Notes under the pieces: model-generated
Databases searched by the model: none
Seen by the model: the letters and a program-made list of their open reading frames with translations, nothing else
What the model was told of the DNA's origin: nothing
Assembly: GCA_051382335.1 (NCBI GenBank)
Contig: JBBCAX010000078.1
Location: 1-63,189 of the forward strand
Reading direction: 5' to 3'
Source: Deltaproteobacteria bacterium TL4
Lineage (GTDB): Bacteria; SAR324; NAC60-12
DNA length: 63,189 bases
Position numbers and translations under genes: made by a program
Shown here: in pieces, positions 40,805-51,261 of the stretch
Numbering within the stretch: position 1 is the stretch's first letter
How the letters are laid out: each line of letters opens with the position of its first letter

Positions 40805-41935
40805 TTAGTGACTTGGGGTCAGTCCAAGATGTTTTCCTAACAATCTAATATCATAATAGTCTAGACAATAGCTTTGCTTAAGTTTTTCATAAGCATTTTT
40901 TGACATTTCATACATTTTGTTTGGCTCGGCTAAAAATCTGTCTAACTTTTCATAAGCAGAATTAATATCTAAGGGGTCCACTATCAATCCTGTTTTTTCA
41001 TCTTCTATTATTTCGATACCTCCTCCATATTTGCTAGCAACAGGCAAAACGCCCCTGCTCATGGCTTCTATAATCACTCTTCCAAATGGCTCATTTTCAA
41101 GAGAAAAATGAACAGAAATATCTACTTTTTCCAAATAATCATCTATATTACCATGAGGTAATAATTTAATTTGATCTTTATGGAGAGAGTTCTGATGTAA
41201 GTCTTTTAACTCCTCATAATAAAGCATCGAATCTTTATTATTTTCGTAAGGGCTCCCCACTATAAGAATCTCAATATTTCCCCTTTTTTTCAAAAGTTGT
41301 TCGGAAAATTTTAAGAATTCTTTTTGACCTTTCCATTTGGAAATACGTCCAATCATACCGATGCTTAAGGACTTCTTATTAAAATCGATATCCTTAAAAC
41401 CTCTATCTGGCGTTAAACTTGGAAAAATAATCGTTTTTTGACGGGTAGATACAGGATAGTGCTTTTCTATTGTTTTTGAGGCATAGATGAGCAAGTCTGT
41501 ATTGACTTTTTTGACCAAACGTCGTGGATATGTAAAATCGTGTATAATACTGATTATTTTTATAGGTTTATTAATAAACAGGTTTACAATATTTATTAAT
41601 AAATACATCCTAACTGTATTTGTTATGATTAGATCGGGTTTGATAGCGATAGTTTTTTTCCATATAAAAAATAAATCGCCAAGAACCTTAAAAAGTGTTT
41701 TGAAGCAAATTGAACTAGTTTTTCTTTTTATGAATGTTATATTTTCAAGTCCGTGATTTCCAGCACCTAGTAAATAGATATTGGCCTGATAATTTTCAAT
41801 AATTATATTAACAAAATCTTTTAAATAAAGCTCCGCTCCTCCCATAGTATCCGCTTGTGAAAGGAACAAAATTACAGGTTTTCCCCTCAGCATTCTTTCA
41901 TGCTTTATATTCTTAAAAAACATAATTATCGTCAA
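40805..41935 (-). CDS. Glycosyltransferase family 4 (visibly AT-rich)
   Basis: GGAE, GRISKWKG, EPFGRVIIEAMSRG. Confidence 0.9.
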   Translation of the reverse strand: MTIIMFFKNIKHERMLRGKPVILFLSQADTMGGAELYLKDFVNIIIENYQANIYLLGAGNHGLENITFIKRKTSSICFKTLFKVLGDLFFIWKKTIAIKPDLIITNTVRMYLLINIVNLFINKPIKIISIIHDFTYPRRLVKKVNTDLLIYASKTIEKHYPVSTRQKTIIFPSLTPDRGFKDIDFNKKSLSIGMIGRISKWKGQKEFLKFSEQLLKKRGNIEILIVGSPYENNKDSMLYYEELKDLHQNSLHKDQIKLLPHGNIDDYLEKVDISVHFSLENEPFGRVIIEAMSRGVLPVASKYGGGIEIIEDEKTGLIVDPLDINSAYEKLDRFLAEPNKMYEMSKNAYEKLKQSYCLDYYDIRLLGKHLGLTPSH

Positions 41936-42032
41936 TTCAGATTAAGCAAAATACTCCGAAAGTATGAATAGATGTACGAGTAAAGTAATATCATAAATTG
42001 GTCAACCTCATGAGGTTGTGGCCTTTTGTCGC

Positions 42033-42239
42033 TTACCTTTTGTCAACCACACAATCCGTCCCATCTTCAGTGCAATGCAGCAAGGCTTCTTTGGAATAAG
42101 AATAACCTCCAGGATTAAAAATTGCTGAAGGAAATGATTTCAGAAGCGCAGAACGCAACTCAGGGTTTTCGAAAAAAGAACGGGAAGTTACTTTGATTTG
42201 TGATGTAAGGCATGGAAAAAAAAAGTAAGGGTTATTCAA
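42033..42239 (-). pseudogene. Truncated N-terminal fragment of a SerA-like dehydrogenase
   Basis: IKVTSRSFFENPELRSALLKSFP...FN aligns with IKVTSRSFSQNTTLRAELLAYFP...FN of 44692..45627, then breaks off. Confidence 0.75.
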
Positions 42240-43387
42240 AAAGGCAAAATCACACGAAACTCTTCACCGAGTTCCTTAAATTCTGCAGGAGTTCCACGTT
42301 GTAACGAGGCTCTATAAACCATGGGAAGTCCCCTTCCCAAGTGATCCATATATCTCAGATTATCCATGAATTTGAGAATCACAGGATTTATTGCATAAGA
42401 AACTCCCACTTTCAATTTTTCAATACTGATCGTGTTTGGAAGGCGGCCAGGACTAATGAACTCAATCCGATTCTGGAACATGAACACTCTAATCATGGAG
42501 CCTGTGATGGAGTAATTACGATGAACACAAGCATTGGTGAGCAATTCCCGAAAAATCTTATCCTCATACACGGGCGGCATTTCCTGACGTTGAGTCCCCT
42601 GAATTGTAGAAGGCGTGAGAAAGTTGTTTTTAATCACAGCCAGACAGGTATCAATTTGTTCATCCAGAGTTCCCTGGATATGCTTGCGATCAATCAACGT
42701 ATCCGACAATTCCTGTCCTGCAAAATGAGCAAACATGATCCCGCATTGAGGAAGATAGCGGGCAGAATTGATCCCGAACATCAAAAGTCCTGCAACGGTC
42801 AATTCACTGGATTCTGTTTGAATATCACTGTTGATCAGTAAGGACCTTTGTTCCGACTCTGGTTGACCCGAAAATTCAAAGCCGTATCGTTTAAAAAACA
42901 GATCTATTTTGGATAAATTCAGATCTTTCCAGGTGGTTTTTGGGACGGGCACTGCATCGTAATGAAACATTCCTGACGCCTGGAATAATCTCATCAACTC
43001 TGTTTGTGTCGCAATACGATTTGTAGAACCTACTCGAATATAGTATTTGAAATCATTCGTTTGGTAAGGCTTTTCCTTTCCTCGTTCAATCTGTACTGCA
43101 TAGACATGATTCCCTTTGAAGGTGAGTTTTTGAACCTCAGGAGCGATAGGAGGAATCACATTGTTTCTGGCAATATTAGCGATCCATTCTTCTGCTTTAA
43201 AAGCCTCAGGAACACCTTCTACCGTGCCATCATCCCTAACTCCCCAAAGAATGGTGCCTCCCCAAACATTAGACAAGGCCACCATTTCTTTGGCCAGACT
43301 CTCTGGACGCACATCAGCCGCCTTAAACTCGATTGAAGAGTTTTCTCCTTGAGCTAACAAGTCGCTAAACTCTTTTTCAGTCAACAT
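42236..43387 (-). CDS. Schlafen AlbA_2 domain plus HATPase_c_4 (RecG-C-like) protein
   Basis: ENSSIEFK, VALSN..GGTILWGVRDDG; RELLTNACVHRNY, RIEFISPGRL. Confidence 0.88.
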   Translation of the reverse strand: MLTEKEFSDLLAQGENSSIEFKAADVRPESLAKEMVALSNVWGGTILWGVRDDGTVEGVPEAFKAEEWIANIARNNVIPPIAPEVQKLTFKGNHVYAVQIERGKEKPYQTNDFKYYIRVGSTNRIATQTELMRLFQASGMFHYDAVPVPKTTWKDLNLSKIDLFFKRYGFEFSGQPESEQRSLLINSDIQTESSELTVAGLLMFGINSARYLPQCGIMFAHFAGQELSDTLIDRKHIQGTLDEQIDTCLAVIKNNFLTPSTIQGTQRQEMPPVYEDKIFRELLTNACVHRNYSITGSMIRVFMFQNRIEFISPGRLPNTISIEKLKVGVSYAINPVILKFMDNLRYMDHLGRGLPMVYRASLQRGTPAEFKELGEEFRVILPF

Positions 43388-43581
43388 CAGAAGAAGCCTT
43401 TCTGAATTTAATATGAATGGGCAGAATTCTTACCGAACCAATACTTTTTGGAGCATAATACAAAACAAAAGACTCATTTGGCGAAAGTATTGTATCAAGA
43501 TTCAAATATCTCGCGACAACATAGCACTCAGGATATTCCCTTTTGATTAAACAACATGCCCAACAATGCCCTCTTGAAATA

Positions 43582-44601
43582 TTATCTAAATATTCCAAGT
43601 TTTTTCCTTGTACCCAAATGATGACCAATAGAAGACCATCCCTCATGAGTAGGTTGAAACATGCGGTAGAGAAGGTTGAAAACAGAAGAAAGTCGACCTG
43701 TGCCCTTTCCATATATATTTAGAGATTTTCCGTAATGAAGAATCAAGGCTCTCCACTGAGAGATTTGATCTCTTTCTAAAAAATCACTTATTGAAGGTTG
43801 GTTTAACAGGCATAGACTGTAATCCAGATATCCATAAACAATTCCCATTAGGCATGCCATCTGTAGTTTGCTGGATGCGTCATTTTTATGAAAGTCTGAA
43901 CACCAAGATAGTACTTCTTGTGGCGATCTAAAATATAGAGCGTCTCCAAAAACAAGTTGTCCTTTCGTAGAACCGATATTAATTCCTTCCGGATATTTCC
44001 AGTATGATTTGCGGAGATCTTGTATCCGTAAGCCTAAACGATTTCTAATAAAGTTATCAACATCTGGGAAAAGAGGTTGGTTTTCATACATAGGCTGAAA
44101 TTCAATCTCAACTTGGATGCCAAAAATATTTTCAGATAAAAACTTTTCTCCTCCTTTCAAAATATCAAGTGCGGCTCCTTGCACATCAAGTTTAATGAAA
44201 TCCATATCAGAAAAAACTTTGTCATTATATAGAGCATCTAAAGACGTTGCTTCCACCATAACGGTATCCTCTATTTCAAATCGCCCAACATCTGGATAGT
44301 TTTTTAGAAATTCATGATTTGGTTTATAGAGAGAAGAGCATCCCCTACTTTTTGTCAGATTTAAAGACACTTTTTTAGACTCACTTGAAAGTGCATAGGA
44401 ATAAATCATATCCGTTGAGTCTTTATTTTTCATTAGTATATCGTACTCTACTTTGTCTGGTTCAAAACTAATTAAGTCAATATTATCTCTGAAAGATTTC
44501 CAAGGCTCCTCAATGCCCCAACGTGCTCCGACATCACAATAACGAAGATTTCTAGGAATTATTGATCCGATTATATTTGTTATACTTTGCATATTTTCCA
44601 T
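43582..44601 (-). CDS. FkbM-family methyltransferase
   Basis: DVGARWG, SFEPD, DFIKLDVQGA, YENQPLF. Confidence 0.88.
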   Translation of the reverse strand: MENMQSITNIIGSIIPRNLRYCDVGARWGIEEPWKSFRDNIDLISFEPDKVEYDILMKNKDSTDMIYSYALSSESKKVSLNLTKSRGCSSLYKPNHEFLKNYPDVGRFEIEDTVMVEATSLDALYNDKVFSDMDFIKLDVQGAALDILKGGEKFLSENIFGIQVEIEFQPMYENQPLFPDVDNFIRNRLGLRIQDLRKSYWKYPEGINIGSTKGQLVFGDALYFRSPQEVLSWCSDFHKNDASSKLQMACLMGIVYGYLDYSLCLLNQPSISDFLERDQISQWRALILHYGKSLNIYGKGTGRLSSVFNLLYRMFQPTHEGWSSIGHHLGTRKKLGIFR

Positions 44602-44691
44602 TTCTTCTTGAAAAGTTTTGCTGATTGGCGAGTCAATTATATAATTTTGAGTTTTGGGTGTGTAGAATTACACGGAATCAGAGCCGAATTC

Positions 44692-45627
44692 TTACTTTGC
44701 TAGAAAATAAGACTTTAGATGTTCAATAGCTGCCATTCCCATAGCCTCAACGGCTTCTTTTGCATTCCCTCCAATATGAGGAGTCACCATCAAATTAGGC
44801 AAAGCCAGAAACTCTAAATCAGAAGGAGGCTCTTCTTCAAAAACATCTAAAGCCGCTCCTGCAATCATTTGATTTTCAAGTGCATGTTTTAAAGCAGCTT
44901 GATCAATCACCGGACCACGGCAGGTATTTACTAAATATGCGGTGGGTTTCATCTCCCTTAGTCGATCTTTATTGATGAAATGGTGGGTTGAGTCATCTAG
45001 TGGAACATGAAGCGAAATCACGTCTGAACGGCGTATGAGCTCAGAAAACTCTACTTGTTTAGCTTGGAGGGTAGATGCTGTCTCTGATTTATCCAGTAGG
45101 TCGCATATTAGCAGTTCACAGCCAAAAGGTTGTAACAGACGAAGCAATTCCGTTCCAATAAAACCACAACCTATAATACCAACTGTTTTTCCTGAAAGTT
45201 GAGATCCCCCGTCTTTGACCCACTGCCCCCGTTTTAGATAAAAACTTGTGGTGAATAAATTCCGGCATAATCCAATCATAAACGTTAAGGCTTGTTCCGC
45301 TACTGAGCGTTTATTTGTTCCTCCAGTCCACCCTATGCTTTTACCTTCAGACTTCGCAAATTCGACATCAACATTATTCAGGCCCACCCCAAATTTAGCA
45401 ATGATTTTCAAATCGGGTAATGCGTGAATGACTGTTGAATTCATTTGTTCCAGTCCCAGAATGATGCCATCGACCTCTTGCAAATAAGCGATCAATTCCT
45501 CTTGCTTAAATCGATAACCTTCATCATTAAACGTGGTTTTAGGAAAATAGGCTAAAAGCTCAGCTCTTAGAGTAGTATTTTGTGAAAATGATCGAGAAGT
45601 TACCTTAATACGGGGAGAAGGTTTCAT
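44692..45627 (-). CDS. D-isomer 2-hydroxyacid dehydrogenase (SerA-like, no ACT domain)
   Basis: GIIGCGFIG, SLHVPL, NTCRG, LDVFEEEP, TPHIGG. Confidence 0.9.
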   Translation of the reverse strand: MKPSPRIKVTSRSFSQNTTLRAELLAYFPKTTFNDEGYRFKQEELIAYLQEVDGIILGLEQMNSTVIHALPDLKIIAKFGVGLNNVDVEFAKSEGKSIGWTGGTNKRSVAEQALTFMIGLCRNLFTTSFYLKRGQWVKDGGSQLSGKTVGIIGCGFIGTELLRLLQPFGCELLICDLLDKSETASTLQAKQVEFSELIRRSDVISLHVPLDDSTHHFINKDRLREMKPTAYLVNTCRGPVIDQAALKHALENQMIAGAALDVFEEEPPSDLEFLALPNLMVTPHIGGNAKEAVEAMGMAAIEHLKSYFLAK

Positions 45628-46397
45628 AAATTCAAAATCCTTTGATAAAATCGATTTTGCTCAGGATCATTTTTTAATAGGGTTTCAACTTTTTCAACAT
45701 CTCCAAGTCGATCAACTCCAACCGTCGTTTGATCATATAAAATACCACGAATAGAGTAACCGTGTCCTAAAATTCTTAGAAAGTCGACAGACTCCGTAAT
45801 TTCTAAAGATGTAGGAGACAGCTTTGAAAAGGTTTGAAGAAATGATTTTGTAAAAGCAGAAACTCCGGTTTGACGATACATGGGACAGTTATTACGAACT
45901 CTCTTATGTGGGATCGGGGATCTTGAAAAAAACATGATATCTTCTTTTTCGTTGATAACGGCCTTTACAATATCAACTTCCTGGAGATCCGCCTCATTAT
46001 GAATAACGGAAAGAACATTGGTGCATTGAATTGCATCATCGTCTAATATTGGCTGTATGAGACGATCCAGAACATCTGGGAAAAAAAGAGGTTCATCCCC
46101 TTGGACAATTACGGCAATGTCCAGATCAATTTTAGCCGAAGCCTCTTCAACACGGTCAGTACAGCGTTCATGAGTAGTAGCTGTCATCACAGCATGACCT
46201 CCGTATGCTGTGACCGTGTCAAATATTTCTTGATCACAGGTTGCGACAACAACATCATCAAGTGCATTCGATAACAACACTCTCCGACGCACATGTTCAA
46301 TCAAAGGAAGATCTAGTATTTTAAACAATGGCTTCCCAGGAAAACGAGAAGCTCCCATTCTAGCAGGTATCACTGCAACTACTTTTTTATTTGGCAT
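45624..46397 (-). CDS. kdsB: 3-deoxy-manno-octulosonate cytidylyltransferase-like (CMP-ulosonate synthetase)
   Basis: IPARMGASRFPGKPL, HERCTDR, VQGDEP, LEITESVDFLR. Confidence 0.82.
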   Translation of the reverse strand: MPNKKVVAVIPARMGASRFPGKPLFKILDLPLIEHVRRRVLLSNALDDVVVATCDQEIFDTVTAYGGHAVMTATTHERCTDRVEEASAKIDLDIAVIVQGDEPLFFPDVLDRLIQPILDDDAIQCTNVLSVIHNEADLQEVDIVKAVINEKEDIMFFSRSPIPHKRVRNNCPMYRQTGVSAFTKSFLQTFSKLSPTSLEITESVDFLRILGHGYSIRGILYDQTTVGVDRLGDVEKVETLLKNDPEQNRFYQRILNL

Positions 46398-46510
46398 ATT
46401 TTTCAGAGAAGATTAAAGTCTAAGATTAAACGAAACATAGTAAGCCACAAAACTTGGTTTATGCTTCAGCATCATAAAGCGGAAGAACAGATTAAAGGAA
46501 CGCCCCTACC

Positions 46511-47287
46511 TTATTGAGGCAAGACCCCACAATCTACATTGATACATTGTCCTGTAATGGCTGAGGATTGAGAGGAGGTGAGATAGAAACATAAATCGGC
46601 CACCTCTGCACCTCTGGGTAGGCGTTGTAATGCAGCATTGCTAAGAGCAAATTTTTGCAAATAGGTTGGAATGTCTTCCCCTTGAGGGGGAGCATAAGAA
46701 TCTTCCAAGGCTTCAAATACGCCCTCTGTTTCTACATAAACTGGGCAAACGGCATTGACACGAATTCCTTTAGGACCAAGTTCTTTCGCTAATGATTGAG
46801 TGAGAGCATTCACTCCGAATTTTGAAGCACAATAGACCGAGTTATTCAAGCTTCCTCTTTTCCCCGCAAGACTGGAAACATTAACAATACATCCATTTTT
46901 AGTAAGGGATTGAGAAGCAATCTTACACCCCCAAAACGAGCCTTTCAGATTGGTATCGATCATTTTTCCCCAAAAAGCGTCATCAACTTTGTCAATGGGA
47001 CGCCATTGGGAAAAACCGGCACAATTAATATAAGCATCAAGCTGACCAGTCCACGCCACAACAGCATTTATTGCCTGTTGGTGATCCGATTCATGTCTCA
47101 CGTCCATAGCTTGAAATCGAGCATGGTTACCTAACTCGCTCGCTAACCCATTATCTTGACGCGAGGCTATCAACACAAACCAACCTTCTTGAAGAAATTT
47201 TTTTGCAATACAGGCTCCGATCCCTTTAGTGCCTCCTGTAATAATAACTGTTCTCAAATCTTTTTTTTGTTCCATAATTTTCTTCAC
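46511..47287 (-). CDS. SDR family oxidoreductase
   Basis: TGGTKGIG, YCASK, NAVCP. Confidence 0.9.
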   Translation of the reverse strand: MKKIMEQKKDLRTVIITGGTKGIGACIAKKFLQEGWFVLIASRQDNGLASELGNHARFQAMDVRHESDHQQAINAVVAWTGQLDAYINCAGFSQWRPIDKVDDAFWGKMIDTNLKGSFWGCKIASQSLTKNGCIVNVSSLAGKRGSLNNSVYCASKFGVNALTQSLAKELGPKGIRVNAVCPVYVETEGVFEALEDSYAPPQGEDIPTYLQKFALSNAALQRLPRGAEVADLCFYLTSSQSSAITGQCINVDCGVLPQ

Positions 47288-47288
47288 T

Positions 47289-48230
47289 TCAAATCTGAGG
47301 GGTTTTGTACATCAGGGCCAACCTGTGTTGATGCGGCCCCTCATAAGGGAAATAAAAAGGTGGTCGTTTATAGTTATAGTAGTACTGATGCCAAGGAGAC
47401 AACTCATCAACGATGAGTTGATCGTCTGAATGCCAAGGAAAATTAAAAAAGTTGACAATAGTTCCGTCAGGTAAAGTTTTCTCAATACGATTAGCACAGT
47501 AAAAATAAGTTTTTTGATTTGAGGAAATTCTCATAAAATCAAAATATTCAGCAACGATTGAAGGATTCATTTCCTGCATGGAAGCTATGTTAATCGCAAG
47601 TCCAATTGCCGCACTGCTGATCAAGTGAGCATTGTCAGCTTGAATACAGATGACATTTACGCCAGAGTCCTTCAACGCTTCATGGTACGTCTCTGAATTT
47701 TTTACCAGACAAATGTTTGCAGAAGGAACTGATTTTTTAATGAAAACCGCATCTATCAATAAGTTCTGAGTCAGATTGACAGCAACAACTTTCGCTTTTG
47801 AATCAGAGAGATAGTATAAAAGCAATGAGGACATGACTCCGAATCCATCTCCAATAACCACGATGGGTTCTGCCAACTGATTTAAATCAATGAATTTTTG
47901 GATAAAAGCAAGAGATAAAACTTGCCTTAAAGATCCTTGTTGTAGAGTGGTATCCCTTTCTTTATGAACTTTATTTGCACATTGCAAAATCTTTTTAAAT
48001 TCCGAAAATTGCTTTCCTTGTCTTCGAAAAGGGGTTTGAAAAATGTATTCTACCGATCTGTTTAGCTTCGATTTTCTTCCCCCTCCCCTCCCTTCTAACC
48101 CTTTTACTGAAAATTCGCCATTTACATAGTTGAAATCTTTCAGATGCTCTATCCAATGGGAAGAAATACTTCTTTCAGAAAGCTCAGATTCGTTTTTCAA
48201 AACCGTAAATACTTCATCACCTAATATCAC
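47289..48230 (-). CDS. Putative sugar O-methyltransferase
   Basis: VIGDGFG SAM-binding-like motif, INIASMQEM, YCANR. Confidence 0.65.
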   Translation of the reverse strand: MILGDEVFTVLKNESELSERSISSHWIEHLKDFNYVNGEFSVKGLEGRGGGRKSKLNRSVEYIFQTPFRRQGKQFSEFKKILQCANKVHKERDTTLQQGSLRQVLSLAFIQKFIDLNQLAEPIVVIGDGFGVMSSLLLYYLSDSKAKVVAVNLTQNLLIDAVFIKKSVPSANICLVKNSETYHEALKDSGVNVICIQADNAHLISSAAIGLAINIASMQEMNPSIVAEYFDFMRISSNQKTYFYCANRIEKTLPDGTIVNFFNFPWHSDDQLIVDELSPWHQYYYNYKRPPFYFPYEGPHQHRLALMYKTPQI

Positions 48231-48246
48231 GGCATTCTCCTTTGAT

Positions 48247-49023
48247 TTAAATGGTCATACAAGAAAAACCACCATCTACTGCGATTTCCGCTCCGGTTAC
48301 AAATTCTGAAGCGTCTGATGCTAACCATAAAACAGCCCCTATCAACTCTTTGGGTGTCCCATATCGACCCATCGGAGTGTGACCGAGAATAGCCTTTTCA
48401 CGATTTTTATCAATAAAATTTTTCATGCTCCATTCTGTAGGAAAAAACCCAGGACGCAAAGCATTGACCCTGACATTTTGAGGTGCCCATTCCCGAGCCA
48501 GGTTTTGAGTTAAATTTTTGATTCCTGCTTTTGCAACAGAATAGGTAAAGGCTTTTGATAGCGGAGGTCCTGCTGAAGCGGAGGAAATGTTAATTATGGA
48601 ACCTTTTTTCTGTTTCAGCATATATTCCCCAAAAACCTGGCACCCCAACATGGTTCCTGTGATTTGGGAAGCAAGAACAGCGTTCCATTCCTCCAATGGA
48701 ATTTCTAAAAAAGGTGTTGGGGCATTGGTTCCTGCACCATTAATGAGTATGTCCAGATCACCATAAGCTTCCAGGATTTTACTCAGCACCTTGCTGTGCT
48801 CTTCTTTTTGGGTAACGTCCAGTTTCAGCCCAAGGGCTGTTCCTCCCAATTTTTCAATATCAGCCGCAACATGCAGTGCCTTTTCCAATCTCACATCTAA
48901 AACTGCTACTTTGACGCCGGCTTTTGCCAAAGAGCGTGCCATTTCTCCACACAAATGACCGCCACCTCCAGTCACAGCCGCAACTTTTCCGTGTAAATTA
49001 AATAATTCATCTACATATGACAT
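48247..49023 (-). CDS. SDR family oxidoreductase (sugar-acid dehydrogenase type)
   Basis: TGGGGHL, YSVAK, PGFF, HTPMGRYG, VDGGF. Confidence 0.88.
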   Translation of the reverse strand: MSYVDELFNLHGKVAAVTGGGGHLCGEMARSLAKAGVKVAVLDVRLEKALHVAADIEKLGGTALGLKLDVTQKEEHSKVLSKILEAYGDLDILINGAGTNAPTPFLEIPLEEWNAVLASQITGTMLGCQVFGEYMLKQKKGSIINISSASAGPPLSKAFTYSVAKAGIKNLTQNLAREWAPQNVRVNALRPGFFPTEWSMKNFIDKNREKAILGHTPMGRYGTPKELIGAVLWLASDASEFVTGAEIAVDGGFSCMTI

Positions 49024-49125
49024 GGTTTTCCTAATTTAAATTTCATAAAACAAAATAATTCCCCGCCTCTGCATTATCAAAGTTTCGGTTAGACTAAGTC
49101 TCCAACCATCATAACGGGTCTTTTC

Positions 49126-49764
49126 TTATTGTTTTCCAATTAAAAATGATCGAACTTCCTCCAAATCGGAAAACACAGGAAAGTTTCCTTCAGGAAATTC
49201 TTTCTTGCTTTTTCTTCCAATAAAAGGAATTCCAGTGCTAACGGCAGCTTGGTAATCTTCAGGAGTATCGCCAATATAAACCGCATCAAGGGGGGTAAGT
49301 CCTTTTTGAGAGAGAATACTTTGAAACACCTCACTTTTTTTTATCGGATTTGCGTAAACCTGTTGGAAATATTTTTTTAATTTTCTTTCGTCCAATACTT
49401 TTGATAATTCCTCTTCCGGAGAAATAGAAATTAAATAGAGAGGAACTTTCTCGGAGAAGTCATCTAAAAACTCCTTAGCTCCCTTCACTAGAGGACATTG
49501 CACAATCCGTCTAAACACCAGATCAGAAAATTTTTTACTTAATTTCTGTTCCTTTGTTATATCATACCGCTCTTTCAAAATATGTTCAGCAATGTAATGG
49601 AATTTAGTAAAACGAATCGTCGCATTATGAGAGAGATGATACTCCATAATTTGAGACAAATGTTGAGGATAGCCCCGATATAGCTCTTCAAAAGCCCAAT
49701 CTTTGATCCCAACGGATTCTATGATCACTCCATCAAAATCAAGCAGTATCACCTTTGGAAACAT
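49126..49764 (-). CDS. HAD family phosphatase
   Basis: LDFDGVI, YIGDT..D. Confidence 0.88.
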   Translation of the reverse strand: MFPKVILLDFDGVIIESVGIKDWAFEELYRGYPQHLSQIMEYHLSHNATIRFTKFHYIAEHILKERYDITKEQKLSKKFSDLVFRRIVQCPLVKGAKEFLDDFSEKVPLYLISISPEEELSKVLDERKLKKYFQQVYANPIKKSEVFQSILSQKGLTPLDAVYIGDTPEDYQAAVSTGIPFIGRKSKKEFPEGNFPVFSDLEEVRSFLIGKQ

Positions 49765-50558
49765 CAGCGTTTAAGTCCCAAGGCAGTCCTATATTGTTTT
49801 ATCTTCTCAGCCCACTTCCACATTAAAAAAATATCTGACCCCAGTACAACAAAAGTAAATCCGTTTTGAAACTTTTCTTCGATTGTTTTTTGAGAAGGAT
49901 CGGGGTCTTGTGTTCCACAGGATTTTCCATATTTCACACAAGCGTCCATCACTTTTTTTCCTGCTGCCACGACCAAAGGATGATCCAGTTGCCCTGGCAC
50001 CTTTAAGGTTCCCGATAAATCATAGGGTCCAATCATAGCACCATCAATTTCTTCATAACCGAGAAGTTTATCAATATTTTCAACCCCCTGGATGGATTCA
50101 ATTTGAATAATAATGATTGAAGACTCATTCCACGTTGTGATATGTTCTTCGAAATCAAATCCATATCCCTGCCCTCTTGCAATGCCATAACTTCTGTTTC
50201 CTACAGGGGTATATTTCGACCACTGTATGATTTGTTCCACTTCTTCAGGAGTTGATACCATGGGGACAATCAATCCATCGGCTCCCGAATCCAAAAGGCG
50301 TTTGATCATTTCTCCGTTGTGAGAAGCGATTCTAGGCAGACAAACAATGCCATTAGCCTGACACGCTGCAATAATTCGTTGGGATTGCTCCTGACTAATG
50401 GTACTGTGTTCGATATCAATTCCTAAAAAATCGCTGCCCGTGCGAGCAAAAATTTCGGTAATCGAAGGGTGACCGATCGAAGTCCAGCAGGCAGTAACTT
50501 TTTTCCGAGTCCTAAGCTTGTTTTTTAGTGCCTTCCTTCTTTCCAGAATATCCATCAT
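49764..50558 (-). CDS. HpcH/HpaI pyruvate-dependent aldolase
   Basis: IDIEH, LLDSGADGLIVPMV, IQIES, IGPYDLS. Confidence 0.9.
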   Translation of the reverse strand: MMDILERRKALKNKLRTRKKVTACWTSIGHPSITEIFARTGSDFLGIDIEHSTISQEQSQRIIAACQANGIVCLPRIASHNGEMIKRLLDSGADGLIVPMVSTPEEVEQIIQWSKYTPVGNRSYGIARGQGYGFDFEEHITTWNESSIIIIQIESIQGVENIDKLLGYEEIDGAMIGPYDLSGTLKVPGQLDHPLVVAAGKKVMDACVKYGKSCGTQDPDPSQKTIEEKFQNGFTFVVLGSDIFLMWKWAEKIKQYRTALGLKR

Positions 50559-51244
50559 AGCAACTCTTTTATTTTTTCGGCATCCCCTAAAAACATCTGC
50601 ACTGTTTCTTTTGAATAGGGATGGACAATCATCCCCTCTATAAAGCTAGGAGTGACGGTTACAATATGCGCTCCTGCTTGAAACCAGTCGACCACGTTCA
50701 AAACTTCACGGGTAGAACAGGCAATAATTTTGGATTTCAACTCAAATTCATCCAATAAATTTCTCAACTTTGAAATTTCTTCACTGGAAGAATACCCCAT
50801 GTTATTGACTCGTCCACAAAAGAGGGAGACATAGGTAGCACCTGCCATCGCAGCAAGGAAACATTGTTGCACACTCATCATAGCGGTTACATTAACCCGA
50901 ATATCGTGCTTCGTTTCCAATTCATGAATCACTTCCAAGTTTTCGGTTTCACCATTAGGACCATGAATGGTAATTTTCACATTAATGTTAGGCGCCCATT
51001 GCATAAAAGATTTCGCCTGCTCAATCATTCCTTGTCGATCATTGGTTGTCACTTCAACAGAAAGTGGAAGCGGATCAATGAGCTTGGCAATTTCGATAGT
51101 TCGCTTTCGAATTCCTTCCATTCCCCCGGTAACTCCATCTTTAAGAAGAATGGTTGGATTGGTCGTAACTCCACGGATAATCCCCATAGCGTGGTATTTT
51201 TTAATTTCTGCTATTCTTCCTGTATCAATAAATAAGCCCGACAT
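50555..51244 (-). CDS. Transaldolase (short TalC/FSA family)
   Basis: LFIDT, GVTTNPT, SVEV, Schiff-base Lys in NVKI, VNVT, YVSLF. Confidence 0.9.
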   Translation of the reverse strand: MSGLFIDTGRIAEIKKYHAMGIIRGVTTNPTILLKDGVTGGMEGIRKRTIEIAKLIDPLPLSVEVTTNDRQGMIEQAKSFMQWAPNINVKITIHGPNGETENLEVIHELETKHDIRVNVTAMMSVQQCFLAAMAGATYVSLFCGRVNNMGYSSSEEISKLRNLLDEFELKSKIIACSTREVLNVVDWFQAGAHIVTVTPSFIEGMIVHPYSKETVQMFLGDAEKIKELL

Positions 51245-51261
51245 TTTATTCCTTTCATTAG

